Of a stretch of 64,000 nt of DNA, positions 48,813 through 61,353 are shown one piece after another. The stretch comes from Anaeramoeba ignava BMAN (Eukaryota; Protista; Anaeramoebae): assembly GCA_028826165.1 (NCBI GenBank), contig JAPDFW010000059.1, positions 1,240,001 through 1,304,000 on the forward strand, read 5' to 3'. The notes under the pieces were generated by a model. It saw nothing but the letters and a program-made list of their open reading frames with translations, was not told the origin of the DNA and made no database searches. How positions within the stretch are numbered: position 1 is the stretch's first letter; every line of letters starts with the position of its first letter. Position numbers and translations under genes: made by a program.

Positions 48813-51800
48813 ATGTCATTTTCTGTTTCTGATTCAACTCAACAAAAGATACAAAAACTTTTTAGAAAAACAGAAACGATTATTTTTATATCCTTTTATT
48901 TTAAAAATTTTTAAAAAAAAAAACAAAACAATTTTAACTTTGAAATTAGTTTAACATTGACAATATAATTTTAAAACACATACATCAAGTTAAAATTTAT
49001 GATAGAAATGGACATTTACATCAAAAAATTCTTGTTCTTGTAATTAATGAAGCTTCACAAGAATTTGGGTAAAATAAACAAATAAAACAATTTAAAACAA
49101 TTTAAAATATTTATTTTTTACAAAAAAAAACAAATATTTAGATTATTTATACTTAAAAAGAAACGGTTTATTTATTTAATTGATGTTTTTTTCCCAGTTT
49201 GTCTTGAATGGAGTTTAAAAGTAGAATTTCAAATTTAAAATAAATTCATTTATAAAATTCAATAAAAATTTAAAACAAAATTTAAAACAAAAATTCAATA
49301 TAAAATTCATTATAAATTCATTATAAAATTCAATATAAATTCATTTATAAAATTCAATATAAATTCATTTATAAAATTTAATAAAAATTCATTTATAAAA
49401 TTCATTTATAAAATTTAATAAAAATTCATTTATAAAATTCATTTATAAAATTTAATATAAATTCATTTATAAAATTTAATACAAAATTCAATATAAAATT
49501 TAATAAAAATTCAATTATAAAATTTAATATAAATTCATTTATAAAATTCAATATAAATTTATTTATAAAATTTAATATAAATTCATTTATAAAATTCATT
49601 TATAAAAATTCATTTATAAAATTTAATATAAATTTATTTATAAAATTTAATATAAATTTATTTATAAAATTTAATATAAATTTATTTATAAAATTTAATA
49701 TAAATTCATTTATAAAATTTATTTATAAAATTCAATATAAATTCATTTATAAAATTAAATATAAAATTTAATAAAATTCATTTATAAAATTAAATATAAA
49801 TTCATTTATAAAATTTAATATAAATTCATTTACAAAATTCATTTATAAAATTTAATATAAATTTATTTATAAAATTTAATATAAATTTATTTATAAAATT
49901 TAATATAAATTTATTTATAAAATTTAATATAAATTTAAAACAAAATTCATTTATAAAATTTAAAATAAATTCATTTAAAAATTTAATAAAAATTCATTTA
50001 TAAAATTCAATAAAAATTCATTTATAAAATTAGCAATTTACAGACCTTGATAATATAAAATTTAAAATTAATGAAACTTGGTATACATTTCATTCTCTTC
50101 CTACTGTTATTGAAAATATTTCTACTGAAATTCAAAAAGCTCTTCAAATTGCAAATGTGAATGAAATTTCATTTAAAGATTTTGGAATTAATAGACATCT
50201 TTGGTTATTAAATTATTTATCTTTAGTTAAAAAAGATAAAAAAGAAAAAGTTGAAGGTTGATATTAATCAAAAATCAAAAATTAAAAATTAAAAATTTAA
50301 AATTTAAATTAAAAATTCAATTATAATTTAAATTCAGAGAAAACTACAACAAATTTTAATACTTCTTTAAATCAAAGACCAGAACGTGAATTTGAATCAA
50401 ATCAACAAAAAATAAAAAATAAACAAAAAAATAAACAAGAACCACAATCACAAAACAACTCAGGAGTTTTTAGAGATGGGATGTTATTTGATAAATTAAG
50501 AGAAGAATGGATTGATATTGAATTACACAAGCATAAAGAAAATTTCTCAGAATTAAAACAAATTACACTAATTTGTGGAACATGGAATGTAAATAGTAAA
50601 AAACCAACAATTAATATTGATGATTGGGTTAAAATTAATGGAGGAGAACCAGATATGATTGCTTTAGGGTATTGAAATTGATTAAAAATTTAATTCAATT
50701 TAATTTAATTTAATTTAATTGAAAACAAAAAATTTATTTCCAGTTTCCAAGAAATTGATATGACAGCTTCTACTTTAATTACAAATGATCGAACAAAAGG
50801 AAAATGTTGGGAAGAACATATTACAAAAACATTAGAAACAAAGGAAGAAAAATATGTTCTTGTAAATTTATTGAGAAAGAAAATGAAAAACAAATTGTTT
50901 TTTTTTTGGATTAATTTTGATGTAAATTTAATTAGATCAAATCACATCAATTAGGAGGAATATTATTATGTGTTTATATTACAAAAACACACGCGCCATA
51001 TGTATCGCAAATTGAATTTGATGATGTTCCTGTTGGTGTTTTAGGACTTCTTGTATGAAAACTGGAAAAAAAGTTTTTGTTTATAATATTTATTTTTATT
51101 TTATTTTTATTTTATATGAAACGAAATGAAGGGAAATAAAGGAGCTGTTGGGATTAGATTTAAGTTGTATGATACAAAAATATGTTTAATTAATAGTCAT
51201 TTAGCATCAGCATTTTCAAATGTTACAAGAAGAAATACAGACTATAAAAACATTGTGAAAAATTTACTTTTTAGTACAAAAAAACAAGCACAAACATCAA
51301 CACAACAAACAAAGCCAGTTATTTTTGAGTCTGACATAACTTTTTGGATGGGAGATTTAAATTATCGAATAGCATTATCGAATTCACAAGTTCGGGAGTT
51401 AATTCTGAATAAGGAATACGATAAATTATTTACGAATGATCAATTAAAGGAGCAAATTAGCAAACAACTTGCATTTGAGCATTTCCAAGAAGGAATGATG
51501 AATTTTGATCCAACTTATAAATATGATGTTGGGACAAATATTTACGATACAAGGTAGAAAAAGGAAAAAAATACTTTTTTTTTGGAGTTATTGTGTATAA
51601 GTTTTAAAGTCAAATCTTTGTTGAATTGGTAATAATGAATAAATAGTGAAAAGAAAAGAATTCCTGCCTATTGTGATCGAGTATTATTTTATGGGAATGG
51701 GATCAGAGCAAGAGAATATCGCAGACATGAATATTTGATTTCAGATCACAAACCTATTTCAGCCATTTTTAATTTGGAAGTTTATTACATTATTCCTGAT

Positions 51801-54800
51801 AGATTTAAAGAGTATAAATTGCAGTTAATTAAAGAATTAGACAAAATGGAAAATCAAACAATTCCCAATGCGGAACTTGATACCAACAATGTAGTTTTTG
51901 AAAAGGTTGTTTATAATGTTCCTGTGACAAAGAGTATTATTTTATCCAATATTGGGTCTGTATGGGCAAAGTTTAATTTTGTACCAAAAGTTAATGATAA
52001 AAACATATGCAAATCGTGGTTAAAAATTGATAAATTGAATGGGTTTATTTTACCAGGAACAAAACTTGAAATTAAATTTACTATTCATGTTGATAATTCA
52101 ACAGCACATTTATTAAATATTGGAAAAGAAGAGTTAGATGAAATTGTTATTCTACATTTTGAGAATGGGAAAGATCATTTTGTAAACTTTTCGAAGCAAA
52201 CAAACAAAATATATTTATTAAAGAAATAAAAATAATTTATAAAAATAATTTATTAAAGAAATAAAAATAATTTATTGAAATAATTTATTAAAATGAAAAT
52301 AATTTATTGAAATAATTTATTAGGTTTCAATTCATGGAGAATATTTAAAAAGTTGTTTTGGAATGAATTTAGAAACACTAGTTCAAATTGAAGAACCAAT
52401 TAGAGATATAAAGGAAATATCAAAAGAATCTGAAGCTAAAATGATAATTCCAAAAGAAATTTGGAGATTAGTTGATTATTTGAATTTATATGGAATGGAT
52501 GAAGAATATATTTTTGTAGAATCTGGAAATATTGGGGAAATGGAATATTTAAGAGAATGTTTAGATACAGGATCTGCTTTTAATTTTAATGGAAGTCTTC
52601 ATTCAGTTGCAGAAACTTTAATTATGCTTCTTGAATCTTTTCCTATTCCAATTATTCCTTTTAGTTTATATAAATCTTGTATTGATTTTTCTTATTCTTA
52701 TGAAGATTCAAAGAAAATTATTACTCAGTTACCAAAAAATCATCAAAATCTTTTCGTTTATATTACTTCTTTTATTCAAGATTTACTAAGTCATTTAGAA
52801 TTCAATAAATTGAATTTGACTCAAATTGGTACAAATTCAATATTTAATCAATATTTTAAATTTATATTTAAATGGATGATTTAATCAATATTTAATAATA
52901 TTTAAAATATTGGGGAAATGGAATTTATTTAATATTTAAGAATATTTAATTATATTTAACAATAGGATCAATATTTAATTAATATTTAATGGAAATCAAT
53001 ATTTATTCAATATTTAAGAAATTTTAATATTTAATGCTTCAATATTTGAATCAATATTTTCAATATTTCCAATTATTCCTTTTAGTTTATATAAATCTTG
53101 TATTGATTTTCAATTTTTAATGAATATTTTCAAAAGAAAATTATTATTCAGTTACCAAAAATCAATTTTCAAAATATTTTAATATTTAATCAATATTTTC
53201 TTTTTATTCAAGATTTACTAAGTCAATTTATTAATATTTAATCAAATTTAATTTGATTCAAATTTACCAATATTTAATTATTTAATATTTAATCAATATT
53301 TAATCAATATTTAATTAATAATATCAATTAATCAATATTTAATTAATATTTAATCAATATTTAATTAATATTTAATTAATATTTAATCAATATTTAATAT
53401 TTAATTAATATTTAATTAATATTTAATTAATATTTAATCAATATTTAATTAATATTTAATCAATATTTAATTAATATTTAATTAATATTTAATCAATATT
53501 TAATCAATATTTAATATTTAATTAATATTTAATCAATATTTAATCAATATTTAATCAATATTTATTTTAATCAATATTTAATTAATATTTAATCAATTTT
53601 AATTAATATTTAATTAATATTTAATTAATATTTAATCAATAATTAATATTTAATTAATATTTTAATCAATATTTAATTAATATTTAATCAATATTTAATT
53701 TCAATATTTAATTAATATTTAATTAATATTTAATCAATATTTAATTAATATTTAATTAATATTTAATTAATATTTAATTAATATTTAATTAATATTTAAT
53801 TAATATTTAATTAATATTTAATCAATATTTAATTAATATTTAATCAATATTTAATCAATATTTAATCAATATTTAATCAATATTTAATCAATATTTAATC
53901 AATATTTAATCAATATTTAATATAATATTTAATCAATATTTAATTAATATTTAATCAATATTTAATCAATATTTATCAAAATATTTAAATAATATTTAAT
54001 CAATATTTAATTAATATTTAATTAATATTTAATTAATATTTAACCAATATTTAATTAATATTTTTTAAATCAATATTTAATTAATATTTAATTATTTAAT
54101 ATTTAATCAATATTTAATTAATATATTTAATTCTTTAATATTTAATTAATATTTAATCAATATTTAATTAATATTTTTAATCAATATTTAATCAATATTT
54201 AATCAATATTTAATCAATATTTAATCAAATTTTTATCAATATTTTAATCAATTTTTTCAATATTTTAAATATTTAATCAATATTTTAATATTTAATTAAT
54301 ATTTTAATATTTAAATTTAATTTAATAATATTTAATCAATATTTAATTAATATTTAATCAATATTTAATCAATATTTAATCAATATTTAATTAATATTTA
54401 ATCAATATTTAATCAATTAATATTTAATCAATATTTAATTCAATATTTAATTAATATTTAATTAATCAATATTTAATCAATATTTAATTAATATTTAATT
54501 AATATTTAATCAATATTTAATCAATATTTAATCAATATTTAATTAATATTTAATCAATATTTTCAATATTTAATTAATATTTAATCATTTAATTAATATT
54601 TAATCAATATTTAATTAATATTTAATTAATATTTAATCAATATTTAATTAATATTTAATCAATATTTAATTATTTAATCAATATTTAATTAATATTTTAT
54701 TTCAATATTTAATTTTTTAATATTTTAATATTTTTAATCAATATTTTCAATATTTTCAATATTTAATTAATATTTAATCAATATTTAATTAATATTTAAT

Positions 54801-55471
54801 TAATCAATATTTAATTAATATTTAATTAATATTTAATCAATATTTAATTAATATTTAATCAATATTTAATTAATATTTAATCAATATTTAATTAATATTT
54901 ATTTAATCAATATTTAATTAATATTTAATCAATATTTAATTAATATTTAATTAATATTTTTAATAATTAATATTTAATCAATATTTAATTAATATTTAAT
55001 CAATATTTTAATCAATATTTAATTAATATTTAATTAATATTTAATCAATATTTAATTAATATTTAATTAATATTTAATCAATATTTAATTAATATTTAAT
55101 CAATATTTAATCAATATTTAATTAATATTTAATTAATATTTAATTAATATTTAATCAATATTTAATTAATATTTATTTAATATTTAATCAATTTTTAATT
55201 AATATTTAATTAAATTTAATTAATATTTAATCAATTTTTAATTAATATTTAATCAATATTTAATTAATATTTAATCAATTTTTAGTTAATATTTAATAAA
55301 TATTTAATTAATATTTATTTAAATCTTTATTTAAATTTTTAATAAATAGTTTCTGTTTTTGCAAATTCATTTTTAAGACCAATTAAACTTGGAAAAGATC
55401 CAACAATTGAAAGAAAACAAAAAATTGAATTTATTTCTCATTTTATTCAAATGAAAGAAAAAGAAAATTAA
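48813..55471 (+). CDS. OCRL: Inositol polyphosphate 5-phosphatase OCRL/INPP5B (PH, 5-phosphatase, ASH, RhoGAP-like), multi-exon
   Basis: GTWNVN, G|FQEID, GNKGAVGIRF, NSHLA, FWMGDLNYRI, PTYKYD, IPAYCDRVL, SDHKPI; ASH domain (LDEIVILHFENGKDHF); IPKEIWRLVDYL RhoGAP-like. Last exon 55350-55471. Confidence 0.93.
48888..48979 (+). other. Putative U12-type (minor spliceosome) AT-AC intron 1 of OCRL
   Basis: 5' ATATCCTTTT lies exactly after codon 25; 3' ...AAAACAC precedes in-frame ATA CAT CAA; TTTAAC/CATTGAC branch-like sites upstream; read-through hits TAA. Confidence 0.7.
49221..50033 (+). repeat. OCRL intron composed of AAATTCATTTATAAAATTTAATAT-type ~24-bp units
   Basis: GTAGAA donor and TTAG acceptor; repeat visible. 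Confidence 0.88.
52829..55349 (+). repeat. 2.5-kb last OCRL intron of (AATATTTAATY)n 11-mer satellite
   Basis: GTACAA donor and AATAG acceptor restore frame (QI|VSVFANSFLRP). Confidence 0.88.
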
Positions 55472-55712
55472 AATTTATATTTTATTATTATTTTTTTTGG
55501 ATTTTATTTAATAATTAAAAAGAATAAATAAAATTAAATTTAAAATTTAAATTAAAATAGGTTCTTACTTTATTTAATTAATTTAAAAAGCTTAAATTGA
55601 GAAAAAAAAAATATTTTAATTTAAAAAAAAATTTTTTTGCTTTTTTTTTTTTTCATTTTTCATTTTATTTTAATAATAAAAAAGCAAAAAAAATTTTTTA
55701 AAAAAAAAACAA

Positions 55713-58700
55713 ATGGCATTACCAGTTAGAAAATGTGTACTTTTCCGGCATGGAATTGGATATTTTGAAAGAGAAGAAGAAATTGAAGGAGATCAAAACT
55801 TGGTTCTTAGTTTTAAAGAAGATGTGATGAACGACGTATTAAAAAGTTTAACAACATACGATGATGGACAAGGATATGTGAGTGGAATCAGCTACGAAGG
55901 AATAGGAGAGAAGAAACCGAACATTTTAATAAATTTGGATAGTTCCAAGTCAATGAGCCAATTAATGGCAGAAACACAAGGCGCAAAAGTTTCAATAACT
56001 TATGGAGGTGAAGCTTATAAGGGAATTATTCTTGGAATTGAAGCCAAAAAAAAAACCAATGATGAAAAACAAAATCAAGTCATCGAAACTGAAATTGTGT
56101 CAATTTTGACTGAAGAAAATCAAGTCAGATCTTTTGATTTAATGGAAGTTGAAGATGTCGAATTTTTGGATGAAGAAATCAAAAGAGATTTACAACATCT
56201 TCTTGACGTTTTAATTTCTTCGAAAAAAAAAAGTGTCAAAAATGTGACCGTTTTTTGTAAAGGAAAAAAAAAACGGAATTTTAGGGCCACGTATATAATT
56301 CCGTTGCCGGTTTGGAAAACTTCTTATCGTGTTATGTTAGGTGCAAAAGAACCTATTCTTCAAGGTTGGGCTATTGTTGATAATACTACTGAAGAGGACT
56401 GGAAAAATATTAAGTTGGAACTTGTTAGTGGTCTTCCGGTTTCTTTTATTCATGATCTTTATTCTCCAAGATTCCAAGTTAGACCTAAAATTGAAGTTCA
56501 AGATGAAGCTGCTTTTGCTCCTCCTGTTTTGGAACAATCTATTGAAAGGTTGCAATCTTTTGGTGAATCTTTGGAAATGGAAATGGCATTTGATGACATG
56601 GGCGGTGATTTGTTGAGTCTTCAAGCAAATGGACCACCTCCAATGATGGCTATGTCAATGATGGCTCCTAAAATGCCTTCAATGATGGGGAGAGGAATGC
56701 ATCGTAATGCAAAACCAAGTAAATTAAAATTAAAATTAAAATTAAAATTAAAATTAAAATTAAAATTAAAATTCATTTATAAAATTAATATTAAAATTAA
56801 AATTAAAATTAAAATTAAAATTAAAATTAAAATTAAAATTAAAAATTAAAAATAAAATTAAAATTAAAATTAAAATTAAAATTAAAATGAAAATTAAAAT
56901 TAAAAATAAAATTAAAATTAAAATTAAAATTAAAATTAAAATTAAAAATTAAAATTAAAATTAAAATTAAAATTAAAATTAAAATTAAAATTATAATTAA
57001 AATTAAAATTAAAATTAAAATTATAATTAAAATTCATTTATAAAATTATAATTAAAATTAAAATTAAAATTAAAATTCATTTATAAAATTATAATTAAAA
57101 TTCATTTATAAAATTAAAATTCAAATTAAAATTCATTTTGAATTTAAAATTAAAATTCATTTATAAAATTAAAATTAAAATTAAAATTAAAATTAAAATT
57201 AAAATTCATTTATAAAATTAAAATTAAAATTCATTTATAAAATTAAAATTAATATTTATAAAAAATCGGATAAAAAATAGCAATGGTTTCAAAAGAAAAA
57301 AAAATGGAAGCATTTACACAATCAGTTCAACCAGATGTACAAACAAGAAAATCAGAAGCAGTAGATCTTTGTCATTACTCAATCTCAGTACCAGTATCAG
57401 TAAAACGGGATCAATCAGCATTAGTACCAATTTATCAAGGGAATTTTGGAGGAGAACAAGTATGCGTATACAACGAATCAGTAAGAGCAAAAAATCCGAT
57501 GTCAACAATATTATTCAAGAACACGACAGGATTGATTCTTGAAGGAGGACCAATAACAATGTATGAGAAAGGAGAATACATAGGAGAAGGAATGCTCGAC
57601 ACGATCCAACCAAACGATGAGAAATTAATTTCTTATGCAGTTGAACTAGGCTGTATAGTAAGCTCTAATAACGGTGTTGAGTCGCAAAGTATACATCAAT
57701 CCGTTGTGAACAACGGAATACTTTCCACTCAGAAATTTTACTACTATTGGAGAAAATACGAGATTAACAACAAATCCACAAAAAAACTCGATTTCATTCT
57801 TGAACATCCTTTCACTTATCAAACTCAATTATTCAACACTATGGATCCTTATGAAAAAACTGACAGCTACTACCGCTTCAGATTCCCTGTTCCTCCAAAA
57901 CAGAAAATCGTGTTTGTTGTTGTGGAAAGAAAACAGATCAGCGATACATTCTATCTTGATAACTTGAATGAACGTCAAATCGTTAATTGGCATTCCCAAA
58001 AATTGATCGACCAAAAAACAAAGGAAATTCTTCAAGAACTCGCAATTAAATTCCAAATCCGACAAAATTTAAGCAGTCAAATTTCAATAACAAAATCGGA
58101 ACTAAACGAACATTTCCAAAATCAACGAAGAATTACCCAGAACATGAAATCACTTCGTGACAGTTCAGATCAAAGAAAACTAAGAGACCGTTATGTTCAA
58201 GAATTGACAACAAGCGAAGACGAGATTGAAACTCTTCGCGCAAAGATTAAAGAGCACGAGAAAAACCTCCGCGTTTTGCAGACACAACTAACAAAAGAAC
58301 TCAACGCAATCCGATACGAAACTTTCCTCAACGTTCCAAAAGCAGTTCTTCCACAATCCCAAATCAAAATCCGGGCTGAGAAATTAAATCAAAAGCTGAC
58401 TCATTTCCACGAAAAAGTGGACGAAGCTTTGCCCTCAGGATTTGATGAAGATTACATCAGAATCGGTATTGAACACAGCTCCGAATTGAGGACTATTCAT
58501 GACAAGAGAGAGACAGATGAAGAGTGCATTGTCCGTTCGAATTTCCCTATTCCGGATTCCGTTAAAATTTATTACTTTGAAATGACAGTTGAGGATCCAG
58601 GAACTTCAGAAGCAATTGGAATTGGTGCTGTTCCTGATGACCATAATCTCAAAGGAATGCCTGGTTGGGAAAATTCCATTGGTTATCATGGTGATGATGG

Positions 58701-58965
58701 CAATCTTTTCTTCTGTGATGGAAAAGGTCAAGAATTCGGTCCTACTTACTCAAAAAATGATACTGTTGGTTTTGGTTTGGATCGAAATACTAAAAATGCC
58801 TTTTTTACTCATAACGGAAAATTGATTAAAATTGTTCCAGATAATAAGTTTTCTTTATTCTCAAAAACTCTTTATCCTGCTATTGGTTTGCATTCTAAAA
58901 ATGCAAAAATTTCAGTTAATTTCGGGACAATTCCTTTCCTTTACAAACTTGAATCGAAATATTAA
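55713..58965 (+). CDS. DUF4140/DUF4139-like protein with coiled coil fused to C-terminal SPRY domain; intron 56719-57280
   Basis: LPVRKCVLFRHGIGYFER, MNDVLKSLT, PVWKTSYRV, LQGWAIVDNTTEEDW..IKLELVSGLPVSFIHDLY, SALVPI, LEGGPIT. SPRY: YYFEMTV, IGIG, MPGWENSIGYHGDDG, FGPTYSKNDTVGFG, FFTHNG, LYPAIGL, VNFG. Confidence 0.8.
56719..57280 (+). repeat. 562-nt intron of (AAAATT)n with AAAATTCATTTATAAAATT units
   Basis: GTAAAT donor and AATAG acceptor join the two ORFs in frame (KP|TMVSK). Confidence 0.9.
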
Positions 58966-59261
58966 TTTCTTTTCAAATCAATTTTCTTTTCAATTCAATT
59001 TTCAATTCTTTTTTTCTTTTCAATTTCAATTAATAATTCGTCTCAAAAAAATAATTAAAAATCAAAAATCAAAAATCAAAAATTATTTTTTTCATTTTTC
59101 ATTTGTTTCTTTATTTTAAAATATTTGATTAAAAATTAAAAAGAAACAATTAAAAGAAAATAAAAATTAAATCAAATAAATCAATAGTGTAGCTAATGTA
59201 TTAAAGATATTCAAAATTACATTGGATAAGGCTATTGATAATATTAATATTTAATTTTCTG

Positions 59262-60194
59262 TTAAAAAATAAAAGGAATTAATTTCTTTCTTTCTTCAGG
59301 ATAATCTCTAAATTTTTTTCGATACCATTCATCTGTTTTTATAGAATTGTGAACTAAATTCATACAAACAAATAAAAAACAAACAAAACTCCATAAATTC
59401 TTAAAATTATTCAATAAAAGAAAACTAAAATAAATTATAATTTCAAAAAAATAATGAGGTGAAGAAACATATTGAAAATATCCTTCATAAATCACATAAT
59501 ATCCAATATCCCCTTTCTTTTCTTTCTTATCACGAACATCTCTTAATATCCTATGACTTCTATTCTGTGAAATTGATCCAAAAATGAACAAAAAAACTGA
59601 TCCAAAAAAAGTGAAAAAATTGATATTGAAAAAATGATTGAGAAAATTATTCTTGAAAAAAACATTGAAAAGATTCTTCTCATTTTGATAATTGTTCCCA
59701 GAAAAAAATAATAGAAAAGTCATCGGAACAAAAAAGTAAAAAGATATTCCTGAAAGAAAATTGAAAAAATTCATTTGTTCAGGTCGGAATTTATGAACAA
59801 AAAGACATTCCAAAAATCTTCTTATAAATTGAATTTGTAAAAAAATCCATAAAATCCAAATTTGCAAACTTGAATAGAAATCTTTCGTATTCAAAAATAA
59901 AACTCGAATTTTCTTCAAATATTCAATATCATCTTCAATTTTTATCACATTTCCAATCTTTGAGAAAATTGATTTGTTTGTAATTATCATAAATAATAAT
60001 ATTAAATTCCATGAAAATCCAAAAAAATAAAATGATCTCCATCCAATTTTGTTTGGAATTGAATATTTTTGTTTCATTTTAACAAGTTTTCCATAATCAG
60101 AAAATTCATCAAATTTTTTAAAGAGAAATTTTAGTGAATAAACAAAAAATGCAGAAATCCAATAAATTTTAATTAAAATTAAACAATAAATCAT
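59262..60194 (-). CDS. SRD5A3: Polyprenol reductase (SRD5A3/Dfg10, steroid 5-alpha-reductase family)
   Basis: Multi-TM; DYGK, RRFLECLFV, QNRSHRIL, GYFQYVSSPHYFFEIIIY, WYRKKFRDYPEERKKLIPFIF. Confidence 0.85.
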   Translation of the reverse strand: MIYCLILIKIYWISAFFVYSLKFLFKKFDEFSDYGKLVKMKQKYSIPNKIGWRSFYFFGFSWNLILLFMIITNKSIFSKIGNVIKIEDDIEYLKKIRVLFLNTKDFYSSLQIWILWIFLQIQFIRRFLECLFVHKFRPEQMNFFNFLSGISFYFFVPMTFLLFFSGNNYQNEKNLFNVFFKNNFLNHFFNINFFTFFGSVFLFIFGSISQNRSHRILRDVRDKKEKKGDIGYYVIYEGYFQYVSSPHYFFEIIIYFSFLLLNNFKNLWSFVCFLFVCMNLVHNSIKTDEWYRKKFRDYPEERKKLIPFIF

Positions 60195-60284
60195 AATTTG
60201 AATGTATTTTGATTTATTTTTTGAAAAAGAAAAAAAAATGAAAAAAATGAAAAAAAATGAAAAAAAAACAATTTTTTTTTTTGA

Positions 60285-61239
60285 TTAAATTTCAATATCA
60301 AAAATATTTTCAACAATATTTATTGATTTAAAATATTTTTGAAAATAAGGATGAGGATGTAAAACACCTTGACTTGGTTCCCATTTTTCAAATTTTTTAA
60401 GGAATTCTTGAGGATCCAAATCAAAATTTGCTTTATTAGAAACATTTGTAATTTTTGATTTCATATTTTTTCTATTTTTTAAAAAGAAAAAGAAAAAAAT
60501 TTTTTTTTTGCTAGTTCAAATTTTTTGGTTAGTTCAAAAAAATACTGATTATTTAATTATACCTAACAAAAGACATATGATGCATCTCAACAACATCTCT
60601 TGTAAAATGGAAACTTTGAGAACAATTTTCCATTCTTCTTGTTGGATCAGTCAAAACAGGATAAGGAGAAGCAATCCGAAGAGGCTTTCCATTATCAATT
60701 TTATGAATGAAAGGAACACAATTCAGATCATCATAAGGAAGAAGTTCCCAAATGGGTTTTTTGAAATAATATCGTTGATAACAAGTAGTGGATTCATAAT
60801 CATTTTGCTCAATAATTTGGATTGAATTTTGCACTTGTGAACTCAAATAAAATTCATCAGTATCCATTAATAAAAAATGAGAACAACCAGCTAAATAGCA
60901 TTTGGTTCGTCCTAATTCTCTTTTCAATAACTCATTAAAAAATTGATCAGGAATATTTAATGGATTTTTCACTTCTTCTTTTGTTCTATTTTGTGAAACT
61001 AGAAGAAGTTTATCTCGATCTGAAAATGTTTTTGGAGTATATAATACAATTTCATCCACTAATTTTTTCTTTTTTAAATCTTCTAATAATGTTTCTAATT
61101 CTGAATTGCATTTTTCTCCAAAATTCGATATTTTTTGATAAATTATTACTATATATTTTGCATTTTTTCTTATTGATTTTATTGAAAATTCAAGTAATTC
61201 TTCACCATCAAAAACATTATAAGCAATTCCAAGTTTCAT
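60285..61239 (-). CDS. Putative GT-A fold glycosyltransferase-like protein; intron 60562-60472
   Basis: MKLGIAYNVFDGEELLEFSIKSIR, ELLKRELG, HFLLMDTDEFY (DxD), DPTRR, MHHMSFVR|KNMKSKITN; spliced ORF ends ...NIFDIEI*. Confidence 0.6.
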
Positions 61240-61353
61240 CAAAAAAAAAAAATTGAAAAAGAAAATGAAAAAAAATGAAAATGAAAATGAAAAAAATTTG
61301 GATTAAAATTTTTTTTATTATTAAAAAAAAATTATTTTTAAAAGGAATGAAAT

